Shown: in pieces, positions 1 to 9,646 of the stretch
Layout: every line of letters starts with the position of its first letter
Position numbering within the stretch: the first letter of the stretch is position 1
From: an uncultured Dehalococcoidia bacterium
GTDB lineage: Bacteria > Chloroflexota > Dehalococcoidia > DSTF01 > RBG-16-68-14
Length of the DNA stretch: 64,000 bases
Assembly (NCBI GenBank): GCA_964406605.1
Contig: CAYOSF010000001.1
Span: forward strand, 212,303-276,302
Reading direction: 5' to 3'
Notes under the pieces: generated by a model
Databases searched by the model: none
The model's input: only the letters and a program-made list of their open reading frames with translations
What the model was told of the DNA's origin: nothing
Made by a program: the position numbers and the translations under genes

Positions 1-627
1 GAGCAGCGCGTTCGCGGAGTACTTGGCTAGCTCGGCGGAGCGCCGGGAGCACGTAAAGATAGGCGCTTCCAGCGGTTCGTACAGCGCTGCGACCTTCGCG
101 GCGGCCTCCTCCGATGAAGCGCCGATGACGATTCGGTCCGGACGGAGGAAGTCGTGAACCGCTGATCCCTGGCGCAAGAACTCGGGATTGGACACGATCT
201 CCGCGTCCTTCCCAGAGCGGGCGACGAGGCGCGCGATCTCATCGCCGGTGCCGACCGGCACGGTGCTCTTCACCACGATTACCAGTCCAGGCGGGGCATG
301 CTCGACAATTGAGCCGACGGCGCCGAACACGTAACTTGTGTCGGCCTCTCCATCGGGACCGGGAGGCGTGTTGACGGCAATGAACACGAACTGTGACTGG
401 GAGAGGGCCGCTCCGTCGTCGTTGGTGAAGCGCAGCAGCCCCGCCGCCCTCGTTGCCGCCACCAAGTCGTCGAGATCGGGCTCGCGCACCGGCAGCTCAC
501 CGCGCCTGAGGGATGAGAGCCGGTGAGGGTCGACTTCCAGGCAAGTGACGCAATGTCCCATCTTTGCCAAACAGGCGGCAGCGACGAGGCCGACGTAGCC
601 GGCTCCCACGACTGCTATTCTGGTCAT
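1..627 (-). CDS. ugd: UDP-glucose/GDP-mannose 6-dehydrogenase, N-terminal part; the gene continues past the window start, so the C-terminus is missing
   Basis: The reverse-complement translation from the ATG at 627 reads MTRIAVVGAGYVGLVAAACLAKMGHCVTCLEVD, a Rossmann GxGxxG N-terminus. It ends in-frame at position 1 with SAELAKYSANALL, the typical dehydrogenase AELxKYxxNAxLA helix. It is absent from the ORF track because there is no stop codon inside the window. Confidence 0.75.
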   Translation of the reverse strand, partial: MTRIAVVGAGYVGLVAAACLAKMGHCVTCLEVDPHRLSSLRRGELPVREPDLDDLVAATRAAGLLRFTNDDGAALSQSQFVFIAVNTPPGPDGEADTSYVFGAVGSIVEHAPPGLVIVVKSTVPVGTGDEIARLVARSGKDAEIVSNPEFLRQGSAVHDFLRPDRIVIGASSEEAAAKVAALYEPLEAPIFTCSRRSAELAKYSANALL

Positions 628-975
628 TCTGGCTTTCTCCTGGCGTTTGTTGGGGAGGCCGACTGTCTTTGTCCTACTCTTTGTCCGACGGAGGTCGGTG
701 GTTTCTTGTCCTTCCGCGGGTACCGAAAGGTGTCTATGCCTAACGGGTTGCGTCGGCCCGCTGGCTCGTCACTCCCCGGCGAGTGGTCCGAAGGCATGTG
801 TCCGGAAGCCCCGCCGCCGTCATCGTTGCCGCTGGCACCCGGACGCGTGTCGCCGGTAGCCGTCGCATTATCGGGCGCGCCGGTGTCGCCCCGCTGCGCC
901 TTAGCGCCCGGTGTGGCGTGGCCGCTAGGGGTACCTGGGCGGCCTTTGACGTGGATCGGCGGTCTGCGCACTAGG

Positions 976-1009
976 CTAGACATAAGACGCTAAGAAACTA
1001 GACATAAGA
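976..1009. promoter_or_regulatory. 12-bp direct repeat pair CTAGACATAAGA spaced 22 bp apart in an AT-richer intergenic stretch
   Basis: The plus strand reads gCTAGACATAAGAcgctaagaaaCTAGACATAAGAt. This spacing of two helical turns is typical of response-regulator-type direct-repeat sites. It lies upstream of the minus-strand ugd region. Confidence 0.25.
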
Positions 1010-1940
1010 TACTGGTCCTTACTGTGGCGGACAGCGATGGCACCGCTGGCGAGCAGAGCGAGCGTAGCCAAACACCGGGCCGCGTGCGCTGACGGTTGGC
1101 GATACATTCAACTCCGCAGGCGGCGTGCAGAGTTAGAGTGGAGCTGCGAGTTGCGCGGGCGGGGAGAGCGCTTTCGGATGCTCGAAAAGTAGTATAGAGT
1201 CAAATCTTTCATAAGTCAAGCCTTATGGATTGCCAATCGGAGTCAGCGGAGCGCTGGGAGTAGAAGGTTCTTCCGAAACAGGGCAAGGACACCGACTATC
1301 GTGGCGTCGGCAGCAGTGACAGCACCGAACCGCCGCAAGCTCGCTCGGGCGCGCGATCCTATAGAACTCAGTCGGTGTGGTTTTCCCCGCTGCGGACAGC
1401 CCCTCGCGTCCGGCGACGCTTCACGGGACCGTCTCACCAGCTAGCGTCCTTCCCGATCATGTTACCATAACTCCTCGTTACTTGACAGTGTCGGGGCGCC
1501 AGTGCCGGGGTCACGTTCCAGTTATCTCTTGGCTTAGCACTGCTGCAACCAGCAGCGCCACCAGCGGATCTAGGGCTATGCAGCCTAAGTGAGTGCGTTC
1601 CAGACAGTCTACGCCGTCTTCCTCGCCGTCCTTCTCCTCTCTTGGACGGCATCCCAACTTGACGCCGCTGCCGCCAGGCGAGTAGTACGCATTGACGGTG
1701 GCTTCGCTTGGCTCGTCCCTGACACCCAGTCCGCCCAAGAGATGACGCAGTCAGACGTCGACGGCGTGGAGCGCATCACTTGCCTGGACAAAGATGTCGA
1801 ATCGCCGCCTGCAGCCGCGCCTACGCCGAGTCCCGCGCCAGAGCCCCAGGTCGCGGTGTACACACGTCCCGGAAGCACGCCCCGGAGAACGGGTTGGCTG
1901 GATGCCCACCCGCGCCCGAGCGAAGCGTTGGCGCAAACAG

Positions 1941-3524
1941 CTAGACCGCGATGCCCAGCGGCGCCTTGACGTCGCGCCAGGCCTGGCGCTCCTGACCGTG
2001 GGGGTCGTGATCGAGCCGGCATTCGCCGCGATCGAAGACCATGGTGGCGCGCTCTTCGAGGGAATAGGCGGGCCACTGCGGTAGGCCGGCATGCCCGGGG
2101 TTGCCGCCGCGGGCGAACGCGATCCATGCCTCGCTCATCTGCGCCGCGAGCGTCGCCCGGCTGGCGGACTCGTTCATGATCGGGGGATGGACGTTGTCGA
2201 ATACGAATGGGATCTCGAAGCCGTGCGCGGAGCCCAGCGGTCCGGCCGCCCAGACGAAGTAGTACATGAATACGGGCGCCTTTCCGCCCGCGAGCTTGCG
2301 CTCGGCCAGGTTGATCGAGGGGATGCGCATCATACGGTCGCTCTCGATAGCGATCAGGAGATCGCGTGGCGACGCGTCGGGGCGGCCCTCGCGGTAGGCG
2401 GCGACGATCGGCGCGGCGTCGTCGCCCAGCGCCGCGAGCCGGTGGAGGAGCCCATCGCCTTCGAGGGCCTGGTCATCGCCTGGTGCGGGGTTCATGGCCA
2501 GGAAGAGCGACGCCTCGTCGCGGTTGCAGCCGATGAGCATCGGGACGTCCGGCGCGATGCCGTCGGCCAGCGCGATCTCTGGATGGTTGGGCGCGACGAC
2601 GCCGTCGAGGACCGGGGCGTAGGCCATGACCGCGGGGCGATCGCCTCGCCGCCCGAGCGCGGCATGCGCGGCGAGGAGGCGGTCCGCAGGCAGGGATTGC
2701 AACTCGTCGATCCGGTCTGTCTCGAGGTCGAGTGCGGCGAACGTTCGCTCCGCGACCTTCGTGGCTTCCGGGACGGCGCGGAGGCGCAGGGAAGGTCCGC
2801 TTTGGACGACCGCCCGGTGGAAGAGCCCGCGTGTGGCCGGCATCGCCAGCAGCGTGCAGATCTTGGCGCCGCCGCCCGACTCGCCGAAGACCGTGACGTT
2901 GCCGGGGTCGCCGCCGAACGCCTCGCTGTTGTCGCGCACCCACTCGAGCGCCGCGACCAGATCGAGCATCCCCGCGTTGCCCGAGGATGCGAACCGAGGC
3001 CCGGCCAGCTCCCCGAGGTGCAGGTAGCCGAAGATGCCGAGGCGGTGGTTGAGCGTGATGACCACCACATCACCGCGCCGGGCCAGCGCCGCACCGTCGT
3101 AGAGCGGCCAGGACCCGGAGCCGATGCTGAAGCCGCCTCCGTGAATCCACACCATGACCGGGCGGCGCGCGCCGCCGGCGGTACCCGGCGTCCACACGTT
3201 GAGGACGAGGCAGGCCTCCGATTCCGACGCCTCCGGCCACCAGCCCGGCGGACGCTCGGGCGGTTGCGGGCACGAGGGACCGTACTCGAACGCGTCCCGC
3301 ACGCCCGACCATGGCTCCGGCGGCGCCGGAGCGAGGAAACGCCGGGAGCCGGTCGGAGGCGCCCCGTACGGGATGCCTTTGAAGACGGACACCCCATCAT
3401 GCGCCTGGCCGCGCACCTTGCCGGCCTTCGTCTCTACGGTAGGATCGCTCACGTCGGACCTCCTTTCCGGCAGCCCGAGGGTCTGCCCGGCGGCAGCGCC
3501 ATCGGACAACGCGGAACGCTGCAA
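1941..3524 (-). CDS. type-B carboxylesterase/lipase (para-nitrobenzyl esterase-like)
   Basis: The 527-aa ORF contains HGGGF and GESGGG, which match the oxyanion-hole and nucleophile-elbow GESAG-type motifs of COesterase-family enzymes. The start may be at an internal Met. Confidence 0.85.
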   Translation of the reverse strand: MQRSALSDGAAAGQTLGLPERRSDVSDPTVETKAGKVRGQAHDGVSVFKGIPYGAPPTGSRRFLAPAPPEPWSGVRDAFEYGPSCPQPPERPPGWWPEASESEACLVLNVWTPGTAGGARRPVMVWIHGGGFSIGSGSWPLYDGAALARRGDVVVITLNHRLGIFGYLHLGELAGPRFASSGNAGMLDLVAALEWVRDNSEAFGGDPGNVTVFGESGGGAKICTLLAMPATRGLFHRAVVQSGPSLRLRAVPEATKVAERTFAALDLETDRIDELQSLPADRLLAAHAALGRRGDRPAVMAYAPVLDGVVAPNHPEIALADGIAPDVPMLIGCNRDEASLFLAMNPAPGDDQALEGDGLLHRLAALGDDAAPIVAAYREGRPDASPRDLLIAIESDRMMRIPSINLAERKLAGGKAPVFMYYFVWAAGPLGSAHGFEIPFVFDNVHPPIMNESASRATLAAQMSEAWIAFARGGNPGHAGLPQWPAYSLEERATMVFDRGECRLDHDPHGQERQAWRDVKAPLGIAV

Positions 3525-3754
3525 GGATCAATAATAACCCAACAGGTGACGCGCCGCTGCCCGGGTACGGTGCTGGGCCCCGCGCGTGCTGCGCCTAGAC
3601 GTTCTGCGAGTCCACGTTCATGAGCCGCCGGCCGGCGTCGACTTGCGAGCGTGTCGCGAGCCGGCATGACGGGAACACATCCCCTCGCCTGTGGTACAAT
3701 CCGCCCGCCGGTCGGTATGCGATCGGGTTCTGAAATGCGAGATAGGGACCATGG

Positions 3755-4669
3755 TTGATTTCTCGCTCTCCGCAACGGGGAGTAGACCAGGCGAGGGTCG
3801 TGGCTAGGGCGACAACGAGGGCAGTCGTCATCACCGGCGCGTCGTCCGGCATCGGCGAGGCGTGCGCCTTGCGTATGGACCGGCTGGGGTACCAGGTATT
3901 CGCGGGCGTGCGCAAGGAGGCCGACGGTAAGGCGCTGAGACAGAAGGCGTCAGACCGGCTCGCTCCCATCATGCTCGATGTCACCGACGGGGCGCAGATC
4001 GAGTCAGCGGCGCAGGCGGTGGACGCCGCTGTCGGTGATGCGGGGCTGGCCGGTCTGGTGAACAACGCCGGGATCAGCGTCGCCGCGCCGCTGGAGTTCG
4101 TACCGCTCGATGACCTGCGCAGGCAGCTAGAGGTGAACGTGGTCGGGCAGGTCGCTGTGACTCAGGCGTTCCTGCCCATGGTCCGGCGGGGGCATGGGCG
4201 CATCGTCAATATCAGTTCGTCCAACGGCAGGCTGGCCGTTGCCTTCCTGGGCCCGTATTGCGCGTCGAAGTTCGCGATGGAGGCGGTGACGGACTCGCTA
4301 CGACAGGAGCTGCGGCCCTGGGGCATCCCGGTCTCGAGCGTGCAGCCCGGCAGCATCGACACGCCGATCTGGGACAAGGGCCAGGCGGCGGCAGACGAGC
4401 TGGAAAAGGCGCTTCCGCAGCCGGCGCACGAGCTGTACGGCGCGGCGATCCCCGCGGTGCGCGAGGCGGCCAGGCGTGAGGCGGCAGGCAGTATCCCCGC
4501 GGATGAAGTTGCGAAGGCGGTCGCCCATGCCCTGACCGCCAAGCGGCCGAGGGTCCGGTATCTTGTCGGGCGGGACGCTCAGATCCAGGGCGCGCTGGCG
4601 TTGCTGGTTCCCGACCGGATCCGCGACTGGCTCGTCACGCGCCAGTTGGGCCTGCACGACAAGACATGA
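3755..4669 (+). CDS. short-chain dehydrogenase/reductase (SDR) family oxidoreductase
   Basis: TGASSGIGEA (TGxxxGxG), NNAG and the YxxxK region are present. The true start may be the GTG near 3800 (VARATTRAVVITGASSGIG). Confidence 0.8.
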   Translation: MISRSPQRGVDQARVVARATTRAVVITGASSGIGEACALRMDRLGYQVFAGVRKEADGKALRQKASDRLAPIMLDVTDGAQIESAAQAVDAAVGDAGLAGLVNNAGISVAAPLEFVPLDDLRRQLEVNVVGQVAVTQAFLPMVRRGHGRIVNISSSNGRLAVAFLGPYCASKFAMEAVTDSLRQELRPWGIPVSSVQPGSIDTPIWDKGQAAADELEKALPQPAHELYGAAIPAVREAARREAAGSIPADEVAKAVAHALTAKRPRVRYLVGRDAQIQGALALLVPDRIRDWLVTRQLGLHDKT

Positions 4670-4716
4670 GCGAGGAAACGGTGGACGACGAGACGGAACC
4701 CCATAGGAGGTGAGCG

Positions 4717-5154
4717 ATGCTCCTGAGGCGCCGGTCACAGAAGGTAGATGTGCTGAAAGGCGTGCCCTTGTTCGGCACGCTGAGCCGCCGCCAGCTAGAC
4801 GCCGTTGCGCGCGAGGCCGACGAGCTGCAGGTAGGCGCCGGCAGGGTACTGGCCCGGGAGGGCACGCTTGGCCGCGAGTTCCTCTTGATCCTGGAGGGCA
4901 CCGCTCGCGTTGAGCGCGGCGGGAAGGTCATCGCCCGTCTGGGCCGGGGCGACGTCATCGGCGAGATGTCGATCATCGATGGGAAGCCGCGCAGCGCGAC
5001 CGTGATCGCCGAGAGTCCCTCCTCGGTGCTGGTCGTGGAGAGGCGTTGCTTCGTGGGTCTTCTCGATACCGTGCCCGGGCTGCAGAGGAAGCTCCTGGAG
5101 AGCCTGAGCGAGCGGCTGCGCGCGGCCGACGACGCTCTTGCCTCAACGAACTGA
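4717..5154 (+). CDS. cyclic nucleotide-binding domain protein, Crp-like effector domain without an HTH
   Basis: The protein reads LKGVPLFGTLSRRQLDAVAREADELQVGAGRVLAREGTLGREFLLILEGTARVERGGKVIARLGRGDVIGEMSII. This is a cNMP-binding fold that ends with the dimerisation helix. A GGAGGTGA Shine-Dalgarno sequence lies upstream of the ATG. Confidence 0.75.
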   Translation: MLLRRRSQKVDVLKGVPLFGTLSRRQLDAVAREADELQVGAGRVLAREGTLGREFLLILEGTARVERGGKVIARLGRGDVIGEMSIIDGKPRSATVIAESPSSVLVVERRCFVGLLDTVPGLQRKLLESLSERLRAADDALASTN

Positions 5155-5225
5155 CCGGGCCGGGCCAGCGTTCCGAGGGGACGGCCGTCGAGGACTGAAG
5201 AGAGCACGCCCCCGAGGCGCATCGC

Positions 5226-5708
5226 GTGGAAGCCGAACTGGAGAACTACCGGAAGGAGATCGTCCTCCTCCTCGGCCGTCTCGCCAGGCTGCTGGACGGG
5301 CTTGGCGAATCCGAGCTGAACTGGCGCCCACCCGCTCCGGAAACGAACAGCCTGTACGTCATCGCTTCCCACGTCTTGGGCAACTCGGAGGCGTGGGTGC
5401 TTGGCATCGTTTGCGGTCAGGACGTGCACCGTGACCGCGACGCTGAGTTTGGGAGCAGTGGACCCGATCCGGCGGTGTTGATCGAGCGCGCTCAGCGTTT
5501 GGCGAGCGAGATGTCCACAGCGTTGGAGGCGCTTCCTCCCTCCGCACTGGACGAGACCCGACACCCCAGGCGTCCCCTGCTAGGGTTAGGTCCCGCTGAC
5601 GAGTTGACCGTGCGCCAGGCTCTGATGCGGGTTCTGGTCCATGCGCTGATGCACATCGGGCAGATGCAGATCACTCGGGACCTTGCCCTTGCGCGCACGA
5701 CGGACTAG
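5226..5708 (+). CDS. DinB/YfiT-like (DinB_2 superfamily) metal-dependent four-helix-bundle protein
   Basis: The protein contains WRPPAPETNSLYVIASHVLGNSEAW and the C-terminal VHALMHIGQMQITR, matching the H-x-H pattern of the DinB_2 / mycothiol-dependent isomerase N-terminal-like fold. The start is a GTG. Confidence 0.6.
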   Translation: MEAELENYRKEIVLLLGRLARLLDGLGESELNWRPPAPETNSLYVIASHVLGNSEAWVLGIVCGQDVHRDRDAEFGSSGPDPAVLIERAQRLASEMSTALEALPPSALDETRHPRRPLLGLGPADELTVRQALMRVLVHALMHIGQMQITRDLALARTTD

Positions 5709-5789
5709 ACGGTCCGCCCCGAGACACGTTCTGCATCCTTGTGGACGCGCTCGGGTGAACGGCGGCAGGATCGTGGCGGTGACGGTGGA

Positions 5790-6380
5790 ATGAATCCGCT
5801 CGCGCACGTGACCGTCGGCTGTGGGGTGGTCTGGCTGGGCTCGCGGATCGCGGAGCGGGCACTCTACGAGCCAGCCCGCCCGGAGATCGAAGACGGCCAG
5901 GCGGAGCCATACCCACCGCCTGCCGGCGCCGAGGCGGTCGCGACTCCAACGCTCTCCGATAGGATCGACTACCGCCTCGTGGCAGTGGGCGCGTTGTTGC
6001 CGGATCTCGTCGACAAGCCTATCGGCAAGATCTTGTTCCGCGGCCCTCTCGAAGACAACGGTCACGTGTTTGGGCACACGCTTCTCTTCACGCTGGCGAT
6101 CTTGCTGCCGGGCATCTACTTGCTCGCCCGCGCGGGTGACCCACGGTTGCTTGCGGTGGCGGTTGGCTCGCTGAGCCATATCGCGATTGACCCGGTGAAC
6201 CACGCTCCCCGAACGCTCTTCTGGCCGCTGCTCGGGCTTGGATTCCCGCACGTCTCGTTTCTTGACGTGCGCGCGACGATCATCACCGAGGCCGGGGCCG
6301 GCCTGATGCTGCTCGTGGCCGCGGTCGCGCTTCAGCGCCGGGGGCGGCTTGGGCGACTCGTGCGGGAAGGAAGGCTCTAG
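5790..6380 (+). CDS. membrane-bound metal-dependent hydrolase, YdjM/DUF457-like
   Basis: The protein starts MNPLAHVTVGCGVVWLG and has conserved His residues in the hydrophobic segments (HTLLFTL, SHIAIDP). Its C-terminus, REGRL, is shared with the downstream paralog. Confidence 0.6.
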   Translation: MNPLAHVTVGCGVVWLGSRIAERALYEPARPEIEDGQAEPYPPPAGAEAVATPTLSDRIDYRLVAVGALLPDLVDKPIGKILFRGPLEDNGHVFGHTLLFTLAILLPGIYLLARAGDPRLLAVAVGSLSHIAIDPVNHAPRTLFWPLLGLGFPHVSFLDVRATIITEAGAGLMLLVAAVALQRRGRLGRLVREGRL

Positions 6381-6407
6381 CCCGCCGGAACGGCGAGGAA
6401 GGGGACC

Positions 6408-6995
6408 GTGTACCCTCTGGGACACATGACGTTCGCCTGCGGAGCGGTCTTCGTCGGAGTCCGCCTCTTGGACAAGGTGCGGGTCGGCGGTGAGGTGGCG
6501 CCGAAGGGGACCGCGGGACCACCACGGGCACGGCCGGCATCAGAGGGCTCGCGCGAAGGACGGCGTCGAATCGCTGATGTCGTCGACTATCGCTTCGTGG
6601 CGCTCGGTGCCGTGCTGCCTGACGTGATCGACAAGCCGCTGACGTGGGACTTCGCGGCCTGGAGGCTGGAATCGGGAGGACACCATCTCGCTCATGGGCT
6701 GCTCTTCGGATTCCTGTTGATCGTCGCCGGCAGCGCTCTGGCCGTCCGGGGCGATCCGAGGGTCTTGCTGGTTGCTGTGGGCGACGTGCTGCACGTGTTG
6801 TCTGATTCCGTGAGCCACGTGCCACACAGCCTCCTCTGGCCGTTTCTGGAATTGGACGTCCCGCGTAACGCTGTGTTTCTCCGGGCGTCGAACATCGGCT
6901 GCGAGTTGGTCGCGGCCGTGATCATCTATCTCGCGTGGCGGACACTCCGGCGAGAGGGTCGCCACAAACGTTTCCTTCGGGACGGACGGCTGTAG
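6408..6995 (+). CDS. membrane-bound metal-dependent hydrolase, YdjM/DUF457-like; tandem paralog of the 5790-6380 gene
   Basis: The protein starts MYPLGHMTFACGAVFVG and contains DYRFVALGAVLPDVIDKP and a C-terminal FLRDGRL. All three are collinear with the upstream paralog (DYRLVAVGALLPDLVDKP and LVREGRL). Confidence 0.6.
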   Translation: MYPLGHMTFACGAVFVGVRLLDKVRVGGEVAPKGTAGPPRARPASEGSREGRRRIADVVDYRFVALGAVLPDVIDKPLTWDFAAWRLESGGHHLAHGLLFGFLLIVAGSALAVRGDPRVLLVAVGDVLHVLSDSVSHVPHSLLWPFLELDVPRNAVFLRASNIGCELVAAVIIYLAWRTLRREGRHKRFLRDGRL

Positions 6996-7107
6996 GTTCC
7001 TGACCCGGACGCGGGGCACTCAACTCCGGCTGGCTGGACGGAGGTGTCGATTCTCCGTACGATGGGCTATCGAGAGACAACCACGGTAGAAGAGAGAGCG
7101 AACCCCC

Positions 7108-8388
7108 GTGCTGGACATGGACTTCGTCGTGCAGAACCCGGACGTTGTCAGACGTGCCGCGGAGGTGAAGGGCGTCGACCTCGACCTGGACGCCATTCTT
7201 CGGCTGCACGATGAGGTGAAGACGCTGCTTGGCCGGGTGGAGGAACTGCGCCACGAGCGGAACGTCATCTCCAAACAGACCGCGTCCGCGCCCAAGGACG
7301 AGCGCGCGGAGCTGATTGAGAGCAGCCGGCGCGTGGGCCAGACGCTGAAAGAGTTGGAGCCGGCGCTGCGCGAGAAGCAGGAGCGTCTCCATGAGCTCCT
7401 CCTGCTGATACCCAACATTCCCGGGCCTGACGAGCCAGTGGGCAGTGATGAGGAAGACAACGTCGAGCTGCGTCGGTGGGGGGAACCGCCGGAGTTCTCC
7501 TTCCAGGCGCTGGACCACGTCGAGCTGCTGGAACGCAACGACTGGGCTGACCTGGGACGCATCGGCAAGGTGGCGGGTTCGCGAACGTTCACGCTCAGAG
7601 GTGAGATGGTGCTGCTGGAAATGGCCATCTGGCGGTTCGCCGCGGACTTCATGCGAGAGCGAGGTTTCACTCTCATCGATCTCCCGTCTCTGGCGCGCGA
7701 GGAGGCGTTCGTGGGCACGGGTCACTTCCCCAGTGGGAAGGACGACGTGTACCGGCTGCCCGACGACGACCTGTACCTCTCGGGGACAGGAGAGGTGGGA
7801 CTGACCTACCTGCACAGCGGTGAGATCCTCGCCGAGTCGGAACTGCCCGTGCGCTACGCCGGCATCTCGGCCTGCTTTCGCCGGGAGTCCGGGGCCGCGG
7901 GGCGTGATGTGAGGGGCCTGTTGCGGGTGCACCAGTTCTTCAAGGTGGAGCAGTACGTTATCTGCGCCGCCGACGGGGAGGAATCGGGCCGCTGGTTCGA
8001 TGCGCTGCTTGAGAATGGGGAGGCGTTGGTGCAGGGGCTGGAAATCCCCTATCGGGTGGTGCGCACGTGCACCGGTGAGATGGGCGTGGCGAAGGTTCGC
8101 ATGTGGGACATCGAGTGCTGGCTCCCAAGCCAGCAGCGGTATCGCGAAACGCACTCGGTCTCTGAGTTGCATGATTGGCAGGCGCGGCGCGCGGATCTGC
8201 GATACCGGGGCGATGACGGCAAGGTGCGACACGCATACACGCTGAACAACACCGCCATCGCGACGCCCAGGATCCTGGCGCCGCTGCTGGAGGTGCACCA
8301 GCGGGAGGACGGGACCGTGCGCGTTCCGGGGGCGCTACGGCCCTATCTCGGCGGCGTCGAGGTGCTGGGGACGGCAAAGGCCGGCTGA
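7108..8388 (+). CDS. serS: seryl-tRNA synthetase
   Basis: The N-terminal coiled-coil arm reads MLDMDFVVQNPDVVRRAAEVKG. The class-II core motifs are FRRE, GLLRVHQFFKVEQY and TLNNTAIATPRILAPLLE. Confidence 0.9.
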   Translation: MLDMDFVVQNPDVVRRAAEVKGVDLDLDAILRLHDEVKTLLGRVEELRHERNVISKQTASAPKDERAELIESSRRVGQTLKELEPALREKQERLHELLLLIPNIPGPDEPVGSDEEDNVELRRWGEPPEFSFQALDHVELLERNDWADLGRIGKVAGSRTFTLRGEMVLLEMAIWRFAADFMRERGFTLIDLPSLAREEAFVGTGHFPSGKDDVYRLPDDDLYLSGTGEVGLTYLHSGEILAESELPVRYAGISACFRRESGAAGRDVRGLLRVHQFFKVEQYVICAADGEESGRWFDALLENGEALVQGLEIPYRVVRTCTGEMGVAKVRMWDIECWLPSQQRYRETHSVSELHDWQARRADLRYRGDDGKVRHAYTLNNTAIATPRILAPLLEVHQREDGTVRVPGALRPYLGGVEVLGTAKAG

Positions 8389-8473
8389 GCGAGGTCCGGT
8401 GCCGGGCCCGCACGGGCTCATCACCGCGCTTGGGCCGGCTGGGACGCCCGGGTGGCGTGCAGGCGAAAACCAG

Positions 8474-9214
8474 CTAGCGCGCGTAGTCGATGCCCTTGCG
8501 AACGGTGACGCGCATGACGGCGCCCGCGCGCGAATCGTCTCGGATCAGTTCCAGCACACCTTCCGCCACCTGCTCCGGCTTCAGGATTCCCCCCACTTCC
8601 CGCTTCATGAATTCCATGGCCGCCTCTCCCCCGGCCTGCACGAGCGGTGTATCGGTGTAGGTCGGGCAGATCGCATTGACCCGGATGCCCTCCCCGGCGA
8701 GGTAGGCGAGGGACCTGCTGAACTGAATGACCCCGGCCTTGCTCGCCGCGTAGACGGGATTGGTAGGCATCGGCACTAGACCGCCCATGGACGCGGTGTT
8801 GACGATCACGCCGCCGCCGCCCTGCCGGCGCATGTGCTGCACCTCGAGCTGCGTGGCCTCGATTACGGCCTGCAGGTCGATCAGCAGCGTCTTCTTCCAG
8901 CCGTCGCCTGCCGATGCGAAGAAGTCTCCTGGCTCGGAGACGCCTGCGTTGTTGTCGATGATGTCGACGCGACCAAACTGTTGTGTGGCGAAGTCCAACA
9001 TGGCCTGCAGGTCTTCGCTCTTCGTCACATCGGCGTGGACAAATCGGGCTTCGGCGCCGGTGCCTCGGATCTCTTCCGCAGCCTTCTCACCGAGATCGGA
9101 TTGGAGGTCGGCGATCACCACGCGAGCGCCGTTGCCCGCCAGGAGTCTCGACGTTGCCAGGCCTATGCCGGAAGCGCCGCCGGAGATGATTGCGACTTTG
9201 TCCCTTGGGTCCAT
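8474..9214 (-). CDS. SDR family oxidoreductase
   Basis: The protein contains ISGGASGIGLAT, NNAG and YAASKAGV, which are the classic SDR cofactor-binding and Y-x3-K active-site motifs. Confidence 0.85.
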   Translation of the reverse strand: MDPRDKVAIISGGASGIGLATSRLLAGNGARVVIADLQSDLGEKAAEEIRGTGAEARFVHADVTKSEDLQAMLDFATQQFGRVDIIDNNAGVSEPGDFFASAGDGWKKTLLIDLQAVIEATQLEVQHMRRQGGGGVIVNTASMGGLVPMPTNPVYAASKAGVIQFSRSLAYLAGEGIRVNAICPTYTDTPLVQAGGEAAMEFMKREVGGILKPEQVAEGVLELIRDDSRAGAVMRVTVRKGIDYAR

Positions 9215-9460
9215 GCTCGTTCCGCACTCCTATTCCCGGCGGCCGGCTACGGCTTCCGTCTCCGCATCGCTTGCCGTGCGCCGGGGCGCGCCGCAGGCAC
9301 CATCATAGCGGATGCGCCTGCGACCTACCACCTAGGCGGCACACCGAACAGGGACGTGCGGGTGGCCGGGATTTTGTTGAGAATATGGCGTCATGAGGCT
9401 GGGAACGTGGTATAATAGGTTTGCCCGGCGGATCGTGAGATCCGCCGGGCTGCTAGGTGC

Positions 9461-9537
9461 GGCTCCGTGGTGTAGTGGCCTAACACGCCTCCCTGTCAAG
9501 GAGGAGATCGGCGGTTCGAATCCGCTCGGAGTCGCCA
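9461..9537 (+). tRNA. tRNA-Asp (anticodon GTC)
   Basis: There is a manual cloverleaf. The acceptor stem GGCTCCG pairs with CGGAGTC, followed by discriminator G and an encoded CCA. Position 8 is U. The anticodon stem CCTCC/GGAGG carries the loop CTGTCAA, and the T-arm is GGCGG-TTCGAAT-CCGCT. A TGGTATAAT extended -10 element lies at about 9408-9416 upstream. Confidence 0.85.
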
Positions 9538-9551
9538 ACGATCATGCGAGA

Positions 9552-9585
9552 GGCCCGGCGTTCTCGCCGGGCCTTCTGTTTGTCT
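9552..9585 (+). terminator. rho-independent terminator after tRNA-Asp
   Basis: The sequence GGCCCGGCG-ttct-CGCCGGGCC forms a 9-bp GC stem and is followed by TTCTGTTTGTCT. Confidence 0.65.
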
Positions 9586-9646
9586 AATCGGCGGGATCCG
9601 CGGTGATCCTGCGGGCCGCCGTTGTGCTGCCGGCTAGGCCGGACGC

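Noticed and set aside
1917-1932. Sequence CCGAGCGAAGCG near 1917-1932, resembling the MITE terminal repeat CTGAGCGAAGCG
   Set aside because: The match is only about 12 nt, with no partner inverted repeat nearby. It is probably a chance similarity inside a GC-rich region.
5700-5790. LexA-type GAAC-N4-GTTC box upstream of the YdjM-like paralogs (E. coli ydjM is an SOS gene)
   Set aside because: Both upstream regions (about 5700-5790 and 6381-6407) were searched. Only isolated GAAC or GTTC half-sites were present, so there is no palindrome to support SOS control here.
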